A stretch of 64,000 nt of DNA, from contig OZ025666.1 of the NCBI GenBank assembly GCA_964019335.1, positions 620,001 through 684,000 on the forward strand, written 5' to 3'. Positions 12,731-24,960 of the stretch are shown here, in pieces; position 1 is the first letter of the stretch, and the number at the start of each line of letters is the position of its first letter. The stretch is from Diplonema japonicum. Lineage: Eukaryota; Protista; Euglenozoa: Diplonemea. Below the pieces are notes generated by a model, which saw only the letters and a program-made list of their open reading frames with translations, ran no database searches and had not been told where the DNA came from. A program made the translations under genes and the position numbers.

Positions 12731-14016
12731 ATGAGCGGTGTGGACGCGGGGAAAAAGGAGGATGAGTGCGTGGTCGACATGTCGGAGTCTCTGAACAAAG
12801 AGACTACCTCTCCCAGGCTGACGGCAAGCACCAAGACAGGCCCGAACCCACCTGCGCTTGTCCCCGAGGAGAAGGAAAAGGACTCGGACTACCAGAGACA
12901 GCTCGTTGTTGCAGCGGGGATGTTCTGTTTCGGGGCAGTGGGGATGACGACTGGGAACAAGATGGCTGTGGAGTACCTGAAGGATGACCAGGAGCGGTCG
13001 CTTCCGACGACGCTGGTGGCGATGCAGATGTTGGGGACGCTTCTCCTGCTGGCCTTCAACACGGACCAGATCAACCGGAGCCAGCTGACGTGGCGGCACG
13101 CGATGAAGTGGACGGTGATCTTCTTCTGGTCCGGGGCGGGGATGTTCACGAGCGCGGAGTCCTTCGTGTACGCGAACGTGTCGTTCGTGATCATCATGCG
13201 GAACCTGGGGACGATCTTGACGACGGCGGTGGAGTACTTCGTGCGGGGGCGGGCGGCGACGACAGAGGTGATCATCGCGGAGGTGGTGATCGTGATCGGG
13301 GTGGTCATCTACGGGTACTCCATGCTCGTCTTGAAGCACTTCTGGTGGGGTCTGTTCTGGTGCACGGCGAACACGGTCTGCGTGACGGTGTGGTCCGTGC
13401 TCTTGAAGCACAAGACGGAGAACGATGCGGAGATCAAGGGGATGAACAAGTACACGATGAGCTTCTACAACAACCTGATGGGGCTCCCCACCTTCCTGAT
13501 CCTGGCAGGGATGCGCGGGGAGGTGGCGCTGTGGGGGGAGATCCTTCCGAACGTCTCCATGAAGGGGTGGGCGGTCATCCTCTCCACCTGCGTCATCGGC
13601 TACATCATCTCGACCTCCGGGTTCGCCCTCACGAGGCTCGTGTCCGCGACGAGCTACCAGGTCGTCTCCAACCTCTGCAAGGTCGTCAACATCCTTCTGG
13701 GGCTCATCGTCCTCGGGGACCGCTTCCCGGGTTGGATCTCCATCTCCGGCTGCGTCATCGCCCTCGGGGCAGGGGCCTGGTACTCCCTCCTCCAAGCAGG
13801 GATCACCAAGGACTCCTCCTTCAAGGTCTCCAGGGTTCAGGTCCAGATCGCCGTCGCCGTCGCTGTGGTCTGCCTCTTCGCCCTCGCCTGGAACCAGGGC
13901 TCCTCCCAAGTCCCCACAATCATTCAGGAACTGAACAAGGTCGAAGTCTCGCCAGAGGACATTGCATGTATGCTACAAAGAAGAAGAAAAGAATGACTTA
14001 CACCTTACCTACAGAG
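12731..14016 (+). CDS. Nucleotide-sugar transporter (GDP-mannose/fucose, LPG2/GONST-like), copy 1; probable terminal intron 13968-14014, exact end uncertain
   Basis: ~10 TM segments, NK motif, MSFYNNL, SATSYQVVSNLCK; GTATGC..ACAG intron at the same position as in copy 2. Confidence 0.85.
12872..13974 (+). repeat. 1.1-kb duplication, copy 1 (apparently identical to 18001-19103)
   Basis: Sequence from aaggaaaaggactcgg to gcatgtatgct recurs at offset 5129; ORF translations in several frames are identical. Confidence 0.97.
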
Positions 14017-14987
14017 CCTCTGATCTCATCAAACATTTACCTAACATCTAATCAAGTGTTTAGTACGTTGCTGTCACTCAATTCGCCGTTTTTTTTCTTC
14101 TTCTTTTTTTAATATCTGTCATCCTCGTTGCTACCCTTTTTGTGTTGTTGATTTTTTTTTTTCATACTTATTTTTTGTACTTATGCTCAAGTCTGATATA
14201 ATATGGGGAGAAGGAAGAATGAGAAAAGAAAAACAAAATCCTTTTTTCCCTTTTTGTTTTCTCGGGATTGACGGAAAGAGTAGTGGTCTGGTAGGTCGGG
14301 CTTCTTCGTCAAAGGGTTATTGAGGGACCTCGCACCTCATGAGCCCAACCTTGGAAAACCCCAGTTTCTCTTTTTTTTTGTTCTTTTTTTTCTCTGGTGG
14401 TCTGCACACCGATAATCCTGCGTGTACTTAAAGGATGAAAGAAGAACAGAAATTTGAAAAAAGGGATGAGAAGATAAAAGGAAAAGGAAAAATAGAATAG
14501 AAGTAAATAAAGCCTTGCTATGCTTAAGAGGTGCCAGGTGAGGTCGGGCAAGGTCTACCTGTCTTGGTGCCTGGAAAAAAGAAGAGAAAGAAAAAGAGGG
14601 AGAAGAAAAAGGAGAAGAGAGCCGAATTAGGTAATTCCCCGTTCAAGCATAGCGGAAAGGCAAGGGAAATAAATGGTGAGTTTCACTAATAGAGAATAGA
14701 AGAATCTTATTTTTTTTTCTCTTCTTCCCTCCCTCCTACCCATAGTCACCAGCACCCAAAGAAGGAAAAAAAAAAAAAAGGAAAGCACCATTTTATTTTA
14801 TCCTCCTCTTTTTTTCCTTTCTGTCTCCTACTCCTTTGTTTTGCTTGTTTTTTTTTTATGGTGTCCGTTCCCCTCAGACCCTTTGTTTGTTCGCGAGAGT
14901 GCTTAATTTCTTCTTCCTTTTTTTTAAATTGTTTTAGCGAAAACAATTCTACTCAAAAGGGGGTGGTGGTGGGGTGCTAAAACACAA

Positions 14988-16800
14988 ATGGCAACACGAG
15001 AATGGATGGAGGACCCGGTGATGAGGAAGGTAAAACAAGCCGCTATGAAGCGCGGGGACGACGGCATCAGGCAGTTGACGAAGGACTTCCGCCTCATGGA
15101 CGCCAACGGCAACGGGGTGCTGAGCTTTGCGGAGTTCAAGAACGGGCTGGCTACATGGGGCATCAAGCTACGAGACACTGAGATCAGCTACCTAATCGCA
15201 GCATTTGACAAAGACGGCGATGGGTTCCTCGGGCTGAACGAGTTCCTGCAAGGCGTGAGAGGGGGCTTGAACCCCAGACGACGAAACATCGTTACAAAAG
15301 CCTTCACCACCTTGGACAAGGACCGGAGCGGGTTCATTGAGCTAGACGAGCTCAAGGAGCGGTACGACGTGTCCAACCACCCTGCAGTGCTGAAGGGCAC
15401 AAAAACAGAAGACGAGTGCGTTCTTGATTTCTTGGAGAATTTCGACGACGCCACCAACCCCGACGGGAAGATCTCCCGAGAGGAGTTCGAGGCCTACTAC
15501 GCAGGGTATTCAAAAAATAAAGGAATGAAAGAATATTATAACCCCACTTCACAGTGTTGGACAGAACATTGACAGCGATGACTACTTCGATATGATGATC
15601 ACAGAGACGTTTAGGTTGGAGGACGAAGCGCGTCCCCGTTTTGCCCCCCGCGAGCCCCGTTTATACGATGTATGTTGGGGTGTTTTTTTTTTTTTTTTAA
15701 ATTTGTTGTCAATACAACTGTAGGCGTTCGGCAACATGACAAGCCCCAACCTCCCCGTCACCAGTAGTGAGGTGTACTCGAAGACGCTGCTTGGGGTCAA
15801 CAACAGAAACTACAACACCGACCACATGCGGGGGGGTAGAGCGGAGAACCCCAGTGTCCAGAACAAGTACCTCCCGCACACTTGGGAGACCACCCAGCGT
15901 GCTGATTATAACTACTACGACAACGCGGCCCGCACCCTCTCCCAGCCGCCACAGCTCACCAAGCAGCCAGAACAACGCTTCTCCCCAACAGGCGACCCCA
16001 TCCTCGACAAGGTGCGGTCCAAGATCCTTAAAAGGGCCGGGAAGCGTGGGTTCCGGGGTCTTGCGAGAATCCTGCGAATAATGGATGATAACGGCAACAA
16101 GAAGGTATTTCGAACAAAAGGAAAAAGAGGAAACAAAACTAAATAAAACAAAACAAAACAGCTCGACAGAGAAGAGCTGAAGGAAGGCTTCCAGACCTAC
16201 CAGATGGGCATTTCTGCTCACGAGCTGGATGTAATCTTCGGGTACTTCGACAGGAACGGCGATGGGAACATATCGGTGACAGAGTTCATACGTGGGGTGC
16301 GGGGACCTATGGTGAACCCTAGGCGGCTGGATATTGTGCGGATGGCGTGGAAGCGGCTAGACAAGACAGGTGACGGGATTGTGAACTATGCGGACCTCGA
16401 GATCGCCTACGACGTTGAGAAGCACCCCGCGGTGCTATCGAAGGAGAAGACCCCGCGAGAGGTGCTGCAGGAGTTCGTAGAGGACTGGGACAAGGACGGG
16501 AACGGGACCATCACCGACGAGGAGTTCATCGACTACTACGGCGACCTCAGCGCAGGCATCGATAACGACAACTACTTCGAGCTCATGATCCGCAACGCGT
16601 GGCACATCAGTGGCGGGACAGGCGTCGCCGCCAACACAACATGCCGCCGCGTGTTAGTCACATTCATGTCAGGCACGCAGAAGGTAATGGAGATCAAGGA
16701 TGACCTTGGGATCCGCGGAGACGACATCCCCCGCATGCTGAAGGCCCTGAAGTCACAAGGGGTGTCGGAAGACATCAAAAGAATCGAGCTTGCTTACTAA
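14988..16800 (+). CDS. Tandem calcyphosin-like multi-EF-hand calcium-binding protein; introns 15506-15554, 15670-15723, 16105-16161
   Basis: Repeated DxD/NxxG EF loops and two calcyphosin-type units (HPAVL..KT, IDxDxYF); three introns join ORFs 14988, 15736 and 16204 in frame. Confidence 0.92.
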
Positions 16801-16890
16801 TACACCCCCGCCCGCCCGCTCACCCATTGACTGTAAATATTTTCTTTTTTACAAAACCCCCGCGTGTCCCCAATTCACCCATTGCAGGTA

Positions 16891-17324
16891 ATGGCGTTAT
16901 TCGATGATGAGGGTGATCTAGCTGGGGCCCTTCGTGAGGTAGGTGTGTCCGACCACGTTGAGAGTAAGATTGCGGATCTCAGCAGTTTCCGAGGTGTGAA
17001 AGGCGTCATTATCTTAAACGATGAAGGGCTGCCCATACGGTGGCACTTCGATGAGGTGTACCGGGCCATAGCTTTCCAGTACATTGCAGTGGTCAACCAG
17101 TTGATGAACAAGGTTTCTGCGGCACTCAGTCAGCTGAACAAGACGGAGCCCAATGCATGGGGGGAGCATGTGAGCAACGACGTCACCTGCCTCCGTGTAC
17201 GTTCTAAGAAGGTTTGCACTTACACAACACCCCACTCACCCACACCTCACAGAACGAGATCATCATCACACCAGGTACCGAGTACTCTCTTGTCATAGTG
17301 CAGGATCTTAATGTTCTGGACTGA
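16891..17324 (+). CDS. Dynein light chain, roadblock/LC7 family; intron 17212-17252
   Basis: GVKGVIILNDEGLPIR..LRVRSKK|NEIIITPGTEYSLVIVQD is the roadblock signature after splicing. Confidence 0.9.
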
Positions 17325-17838
17325 AGCATGCAAGGCTTTGACCGTCCTCTTTTTAGACCTTTCAGAAAGCAGGACACAATTGAGGAGCGGGCCTGCTTAC
17401 ACGCAAACATAGATGTGGTGTTTTTTTTTTTTTTTTTTGGTATACTGCAAAACGAAAAAGTGCCGCGCCCTAGTTCTGTTATGAATTCCGAATGTCGATA
17501 AAATATGCCCTGGCGGCCTCCTTTTTATTCTGATGCTGACTCCGAGCATTTTTGGCCATTGTTGTCATCTAGCATAGAGCACCTTGACAAGTGCACAAGG
17601 CTCTTTGAGTTTTTCCTTGTTTGGTAAGTGCCCAACAATCCGAGTCGGAATGCTGCTTTATCTTTGACCTTAGAGCTCCTTGTCGACATTTTTCGTTTTG
17701 CAGTATCTAATAAGGAATGAGGGCGCGTGATGTGCACCTCTGATGGTGTTAACCAGTTAACAGTCTTTGAAATATAAAGAAGTAACTGCCTGCTTTACCG
17801 CACTGCTACCGCAAACCTCATGCACTGCAGGTATCAAC

Positions 17839-19148
17839 ATGAACCGCACAGACTCTATGGCGGCCATGAGGCCAAATGACAAGGCACCCGGAAAGGATTT
17901 GGAGGACTCGATCAACATCGATGTGACCCCACATGCCACCCCAGTCCTGTCTGCCAAGGGAAGCAGCCCGAAGCTCCTTCCTACGGAAGTTGACGAAGCA
18001 AAGGAAAAGGACTCGGACTACCAGAGACAGCTCGTTGTTGCAGCGGGGATGTTCTGTTTCGGGGCAGTGGGGATGACGACTGGGAACAAGATGGCTGTGG
18101 AGTACCTGAAGGATGACCAGGAGCGGTCGCTTCCGACGACGCTGGTGGCGATGCAGATGTTGGGGACGCTTCTCCTGCTGGCCTTCAACACGGACCAGAT
18201 CAACCGGAGCCAGCTGACGTGGCGGCACGCGATGAAGTGGACGGTGATCTTCTTCTGGTCCGGGGCGGGGATGTTCACGAGCGCGGAGTCCTTCGTGTAC
18301 GCGAACGTGTCGTTCGTGATCATCATGCGGAACCTGGGGACGATCTTGACGACGGCGGTGGAGTACTTCGTGCGGGGGCGGGCGGCGACGACAGAGGTGA
18401 TCATCGCGGAGGTGGTGATCGTGATCGGGGTGGTCATCTACGGGTACTCCATGCTCGTCTTGAAGCACTTCTGGTGGGGTCTGTTCTGGTGCACGGCGAA
18501 CACGGTCTGCGTGACGGTGTGGTCCGTGCTCTTGAAGCACAAGACGGAGAACGATGCGGAGATCAAGGGGATGAACAAGTACACGATGAGCTTCTACAAC
18601 AACCTGATGGGGCTCCCCACCTTCCTGATCCTGGCAGGGATGCGCGGGGAGGTGGCGCTGTGGGGGGAGATCCTTCCGAACGTCTCCATGAAGGGGTGGG
18701 CGGTCATCCTCTCCACCTGCGTCATCGGCTACATCATCTCGACCTCCGGGTTCGCCCTCACGAGGCTCGTGTCCGCGACGAGCTACCAGGTCGTCTCCAA
18801 CCTCTGCAAGGTCGTCAACATCCTTCTGGGGCTCATCGTCCTCGGGGACCGCTTCCCGGGTTGGATCTCCATCTCCGGCTGCGTCATCGCCCTCGGGGCA
18901 GGGGCCTGGTACTCCCTCCTCCAAGCAGGGATCACCAAGGACTCCTCCTTCAAGGTCTCCAGGGTTCAGGTCCAGATCGCCGTCGCCGTCGCTGTGGTCT
19001 GCCTCTTCGCCCTCGCCTGGAACCAGGGCTCCTCCCAAGTCCCCACAATCATTCAGGAACTGAACAAGGTCGAAGTCTCGCCAGAGGACATTGCATGTAT
19101 GCTTAATTTTACTTGGAAAACACCACTACAGCTGGCTCCTTATCATGA
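17839..19148 (+). CDS. Nucleotide-sugar transporter, copy 2; intron 19097-19131
   Basis: Same core as copy 1 with a different N-terminus; splicing gives the C-terminus ..DIASGSLS*; CAG|G upstream of the ATG. Confidence 0.85.
18001..19103 (+). repeat. 1.1-kb duplication, copy 2
   Basis: Apparently identical to 12872-13974. Confidence 0.97.
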
Positions 19149-19241
19149 GTTACGAAACGTGAATCGAGAAGTTAGTGTTGAGTTGTTTTGTGTTTTGTTT
19201 TGTCACACTGCTTGGTTCCTGCAACTAGTTGAACAGGTGGG

Positions 19242-21899
19242 ATGGAGCTCGATGCTCAAGAATTTGACGAGATATTTAAAGCTGATGAGGAGTACGAGAG
19301 GTGGTTGAAAGAGGTGCAGGAGTGCGAAGACGAATATGAAGAGGAAGAGGAAGAAGAGGAAGATATGGAGGTTGACGTAGAGGTTCGGCAGGATGTGAAG
19401 GTAACAGGGAAAAAGAGGAAAGGTGATTGGGGGAGGTTTGAACTGAAGCCTCTTGAAGAAGTGTGGGGTGGGTGGGAGTTGCCAGAGGTGACGCGCCCAG
19501 GGATGCACTGCCACCCGCTCACGATGGATATTACTGTGCCCTCCATCCCTATGGGCGCATCGTACCTCCCGCCGCGGTCGCTCCGGGTTTGGGTAGAGCG
19601 TGATCTTGTCTTGCATTTCTTAAAGCTGCTGCAAGGTCTTCCCTCGGAGACTGTGTCCGTCACGGAAGAGGGTTACGTGCTTTGTGAAGGTATCGCGGTT
19701 GACGGGCTGTCGCCTGTTGCGTTGCAGAACATCTCGCGGCGTGTGCTTGCCAGCGCTTCATCAATGCACAAGATAAGGACGTTGATAGACAAGTTGCTGG
19801 AGCAGTGCCCAACTGCTTACAAGGCAGCTAAACACGGTGCAAGTGGGATAGCACCTTTAGTCCCTTCCCTCACGTCGTGCATCAGGAAGCTGCTCGGCAC
19901 TTGCTGTGCGTACTTCATGGAGGTGCACAACAAATGGTCGGTTGAGCCTGTCGTACCGTGCAGCACAAGGCACATGACCCTCCCTTCACTGAACAGAGTC
20001 GTCGTACAGTCAGGGGCTGCCGAGTGGCTAAGTTGTCTAGAGATGATCATCACGTCGGCTGCATCGCTGTCGAAGGACGGCTATGGTTGTGCGGTGCTCT
20101 TGTCGAGACTTTTCAAGTGGGCTCAGACTTATGCGCAGCGAAGCTCCAGATGCGCGCCGATGGTGTCCTGCCTGTTACTATCGTGTCTTGAGCCGTACCT
20201 GACAGAGATAGGAGTCTGGATTACTACGGGCAGGCTTACGCTGTCACCGACACAGGAGCCCATGATATTCATCACAGAGAACACTCACCGCTCCCTCGAC
20301 CCTTACCGGAACTGGGATGAACGGTGGAAGATTATAAGGGAAAGGCTGCCCTGCTTCGTCGAGGCGTCTCTGGCCAAGACTATTGCGACCACAGGGAAGT
20401 CCGTGCGGTTCCTCTCGTCTCTTCGGTCGCGGCTCATTAGCAATAGCAACGAGATGGTGGACAATGCAGACGAGCGAACAGAGAACAAGGCTGTGCAGTG
20501 CCACGTGCCACACTTGGACTTTGTGGACGCCTTCATGCGCTCCTTCAAGACGTACATGACAGAAGCAGGTGACAAGTTCCTCCCATTGTCGTTGGACGGC
20601 TCTGCTGCGGGGCTCGACAAAGCTGCGACAAAGGTCGTCGACAACTTCACATCAACGCTTACCACGGGACTTTGCGAGAGTGAGCCCATCGGGCCAGCTA
20701 TAATCAAAGCGCTGGACAACACCGTGCTGTCGTACTCTAAGCGCGTGGGAGCTACGTTAGTGAGGTCGTTGGTGCAGCACTGCCATATGTACGAGCACTT
20801 GTCAATGCTGAGTGGGCTATTCCTGCTCCAAAAAGGTGACGTTATGCAGCATTTCTGCTCCAAGTACCTGTTCCCCTTGGCACGCCGGGGGGACTGGGCG
20901 GGGAGGCCTTCATCGAAGGAGATGAAGGCATACTTCCATAGCAGTGTGCTTACGGCCAGGAGCAGTGGGACCAACATCACGTCAGCCCTAAACCTTGAGG
21001 TGCGGTGGGAAGATGACGGTCAGGATGCAGCGTCTTTGAGGTTCAACCCCAACGACGACACCCCAAGGCTGCCAGTCGACAAGCCGCCGCCACCGAATGC
21101 TTTGAAGATCGTTAGTGGGCTTGTGCTGCAGCTGCAGTCACACGGTACACAGTCACCCATGAACATTGTTTTCCCTCACGAGGTTACCCACGGCTATTGC
21201 CGTGTGTTGCAAATCTTGTTACTCGTTGCCTACGCACAGCACCTGCTAGTGCGATTACACGTACCCAGGCTGCCTTGGCATCTGACTACCCTTGAGAAAC
21301 AGATTATCTCCACTCGCCTGCACCTGCTGCACTTCATCCAAGCCCTGAATGACCACCTCCTACAGAAGGTATGCAGTGGCTTGTCTTTCTTTTAACAGCA
21401 CACAGACGTCGGCCCTCTGGGCAGAAGGTATGGCCAACGTGGAGAAGGCCACTGACATCGAGTGCTTCAGGGAGTGTCACATGACCCTTGTTAAGTCGCT
21501 CCTTGAGGCTGTGCACTTTTCGTGCAAACATAGGGAGCACTGGACAACGCTGCTGTCAATTGTGAAGTTGGTGATCAAATTTGAGGAGATCACGCATACC
21601 TACATTACGTGGATGAAGGAGGTGTCTGTGAGGTGCAGCGTGAAGGGTGTCACGTGCACAACACGCGACGAAGAGCCTGTCCCGTCCAGGGTCGCAGACT
21701 CCATTAGGACCTTGCCCTCCACTCTGAGGAACGAGGTTATGTCACAGTTCAGGCGGCACATGCAGGTATGCCACAGTGCACCATATCAACAACAACACAG
21801 TTCTTCGTGGCCACGCTCCGTTCGCAGGGCGGCACAAGCAGAAGTAACGAGATGTTGGCGAGGTTTGACTTCAGTGGGATATACTCAGGGAAACGGTAG
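19242..21899 (+). CDS. Gamma-tubulin complex component (Spc97/Spc98 GCP family); introns 21369-21405 and 21766-21800
   Basis: PY...I..WI..G, LP.F....LA..I..TGKSV.FL, FLLQKGD and spliced C-terminal LARFDFSGIY motifs typical of GCPs. Confidence 0.85.
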
Positions 21900-21966
21900 A
21901 ATAGATTATTAGAGTTTTCCAGTACTTTTCACTTATAGCACAGTGTTTCATGCTCCACAGGGGGTG

Positions 21967-24868
21967 ATGTCATACATGTTGAGCCCTTCCGTACCTGCGG
22001 GGGTCGATGCCATCAGGTCAGTGCTGGGCCGTGTAGAGGACTTGCAGCACTTGCTGGAGGACGGGACGAGGGAGCAGGTACAACGCGAGACAGAGATGAT
22101 GAGTCGGATAGAAGCTCTAGAGAATGAAAACCGAACACTGCGCCCGCTAGTTAGTACTGTGTCTAGTTTGGAGATGAAGCTAACCGCACTGTCCAAGAAT
22201 GAAGTGGCGAGCCACTCGTTCTCTCCCGAGTCTTGCCCTGCTTTCATGGAGGAGATAGACAATGTGCAATCTTGCGTTATGGAGGAGGTGACCAGCTTGT
22301 TGCGATCCTTTAAAATGCACTTCACATCTGTTGAGGTCGCGCTCACCGAGAAGCACAGTGTCCTGGCTACAGCCGTTGAGCACCTGACGAGGTGTCTGGA
22401 AGGAACAGACAAGAACGCCGACTTCGAGAAACGTCTCTCCGCCATCGAGAAGACGCCCATTGCGTCGGAACTTGACACTGTCTCACAGCGATTGTCTCTT
22501 CACGAACAAAAGATCACATCCCTGGAGTGCAGCGCACAGCGCACACACAACACCAATGAAGGCATCTGGTCGGGAAAGATGCAGTCTCTGGAGAGGTCCG
22601 TCAGCCAGCTGAGCAACACCACTACTAATAAAATGGCGTCTCTGGAACACATGATCAGGCTGAAGCCCTTGCAGACAGATGGGGCGAGTGTGATTAGTGA
22701 AAAAGAAGTCCAAAGTATCTCTAGCCGGCTAGAGGAGATGGACGTAGCCCTTCAAGAGTCGATGTCCGGTAAGTCACGGCTCGCAGCGAAGATAGAGAGC
22801 ATTGAGCGTGCTGTGTGTGAGGCGGATTCAAGGGAGGTGCTCAACGTGCAGCGCATTCAGGAGGTGGAGGCTAAGGTTGGAGAGTCGATGAACACGAGAA
22901 GCCGGCTGAACACGAAGGTGGAAGCCATCGAAAGGTCTTTGCACACAGCAAAGGTTGCTGATACGCAGTTATTGTCTCTCAGACTTGACGAGGTGGACAC
23001 AGCAGCGCATGAGGCACTTGGGACGGGCACAAAGGTGAACAGCAAGTTAGAAGCCTTCGAGCGAACAACACAGCACGTGATGGCACGCATCGAAGAGGTA
23101 GAGTCTTCCTTGCAGAACATCATAGAGCAGGAGAGCAAGCTTACGTACAAGATTGAGGTGCTTGAGAAGGCGCCCCAGACCAGGACTTCTGCTCCCGAGC
23201 TGCAACGGCTAACGATGAGAATAGATGCAGTAGAGGCTTCTGTTGAGGCAGCGCAGGAGAGTGTTAAAGTTGCACAGGAGAGTGCTGTGAGCAAGAAGGC
23301 GGTCGTACCCGACTTGGAGAGGGCCAGACTGAGCAGCAAGGTTGAGGTTATTGAGCAGACGGTCCAGGAATTGTGTAGGGCTCAGGAGAGCGAAGCAGGC
23401 AGCGTGCAAACTGAGTTGCGAGAAATGGCAGGAACCATCAAGAAAATGGGCGAACGGGCAAAGGGTGCGGAGCGTGTTGTTGATGATCTCAAACACGAGG
23501 GGAGGACATTGGAGAAGCGGGTTGCGGAGATCGAGAGCACTCCACGACCGGAATGGGTGAGTTTGGCAGAGCACGGCAGGCTGGCGAGCAAGATTGCTGG
23601 GTTGGAGCAGGTGCATGAATCGCACAACAAGCTAGATTTGGAGAGGTTGCTGTTGAAAGTGGAAGCGATCGAACGGTCGGTGCACGAGACTGAGAGAAAC
23701 GCACAGTCGGAGAAACGGAGGTTGAACAACAACAACGACAGCAAATACGAATTCCTCTGCAGCCGAGTAAGCGAAATCGAGAAGGTCGCGAAGGACGAAG
23801 CAACTTCGAGCAGACTCCAATCGCTGACACTACCTTTCAGCCAGCTGAACAGCAGAGTGGAGCAGCTGGAGGTGACAATGACAGAGGCGAGGTCCATGAC
23901 GGAGCAACAGTACCAGCACCAGGTGGACAGGCTGTCGAGTAGGGTGGAGATGATGGAGAAGCACACGCGGGGCAGGGAACAGGAGGCCTACGCAGGGAAG
24001 TCGAAGGAGCATGACAGAATGAAGACCGGCATCGCAGATATGTCTGAAAAGCTGCAGAAGCTAGTCCTCATGGAGAAGGTTGTTAATGACACGCTGTCGG
24101 ACACGACAGACTTAAAGGCGAGGCTGCTGGCTATGGAGAGGGTAGGCATGAACTCGCACAGTCGTGTCACTGTCGACGACACAGCATCTGGCGACAAGCT
24201 GCGCAGGCTCGATGACGTTCTCAAAGGGGTAAAGATAGACATGTCAGCACAGGGGAATGCACTACGCGAGATGGTGCATGAGGCCGTGAGCACAGCAAAC
24301 ATCGCTAATAAGAAGGCAAGCAGCGTGAAGCACATAAACGAGTCTGATGTGCAGGCTATCCAGAACGTCCTGGACACCATGAAAGAGGACAAGAGAGCCG
24401 TCGATCAGCGGATGGAGTCTCTTTCGAGGAACCTGCACAGCGTGGCTGAAAAAGTAGAGAAGTCACAGACGAATATAAAGACTCTGAAAAGCCAGGTAAA
24501 GGTTCTACAGAATGCCGAGCGTGAGGAGGTTACTAACCTCAGTTCCTACATCACAAAGATCGCAAGGCAGGTGGAGAAGGTAGACGAGCAGCTCATGTCG
24601 CAAGGCCGTCTCATCGAAGGGCTGCACTCTTTAGAGAATTTGGTATGGCCACCATTTTAGTTCCAACTGTGACAGACACGCAAGCAGCACCCGCATTTGC
24701 ACTCCCTCCGCGATGATCCAGTGGTATGGTCAGCTGCACACGCCACTCCCACAGACGCACTCCGACCTTGCCGATGTCATCTCCGAAGTCAATCGTCAGC
24801 GGTCATCTATCATCAACGTGCACACCCAACTCGAGTCTGCGCTGCCTCAATCTAAAGGCACTTTCTGA
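21967..24868 (+). CDS. Long coiled-coil protein; introns 24643-24675 and 24724-24754
   Basis: ~900-aa ORF with recurring RLxxKVExIE heptads; two 3' introns extend the frame to TGA 24866-24868. Confidence 0.8.
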
Positions 24869-24960
24869 TAAACAGTAGATACCTACACCACTAGATGTTT
24901 TGTATATTATATTGTTATTATCTTATTTCTTTATACACAACGGTCAAGCCTACCACAGGG

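Noticed and set aside
12719-19106. Long antisense and alternate-frame ORFs (396, 340, 406, 295 aa) over the transporters
   Set aside because: High GC3 shadow frames with low-complexity R/G/H composition
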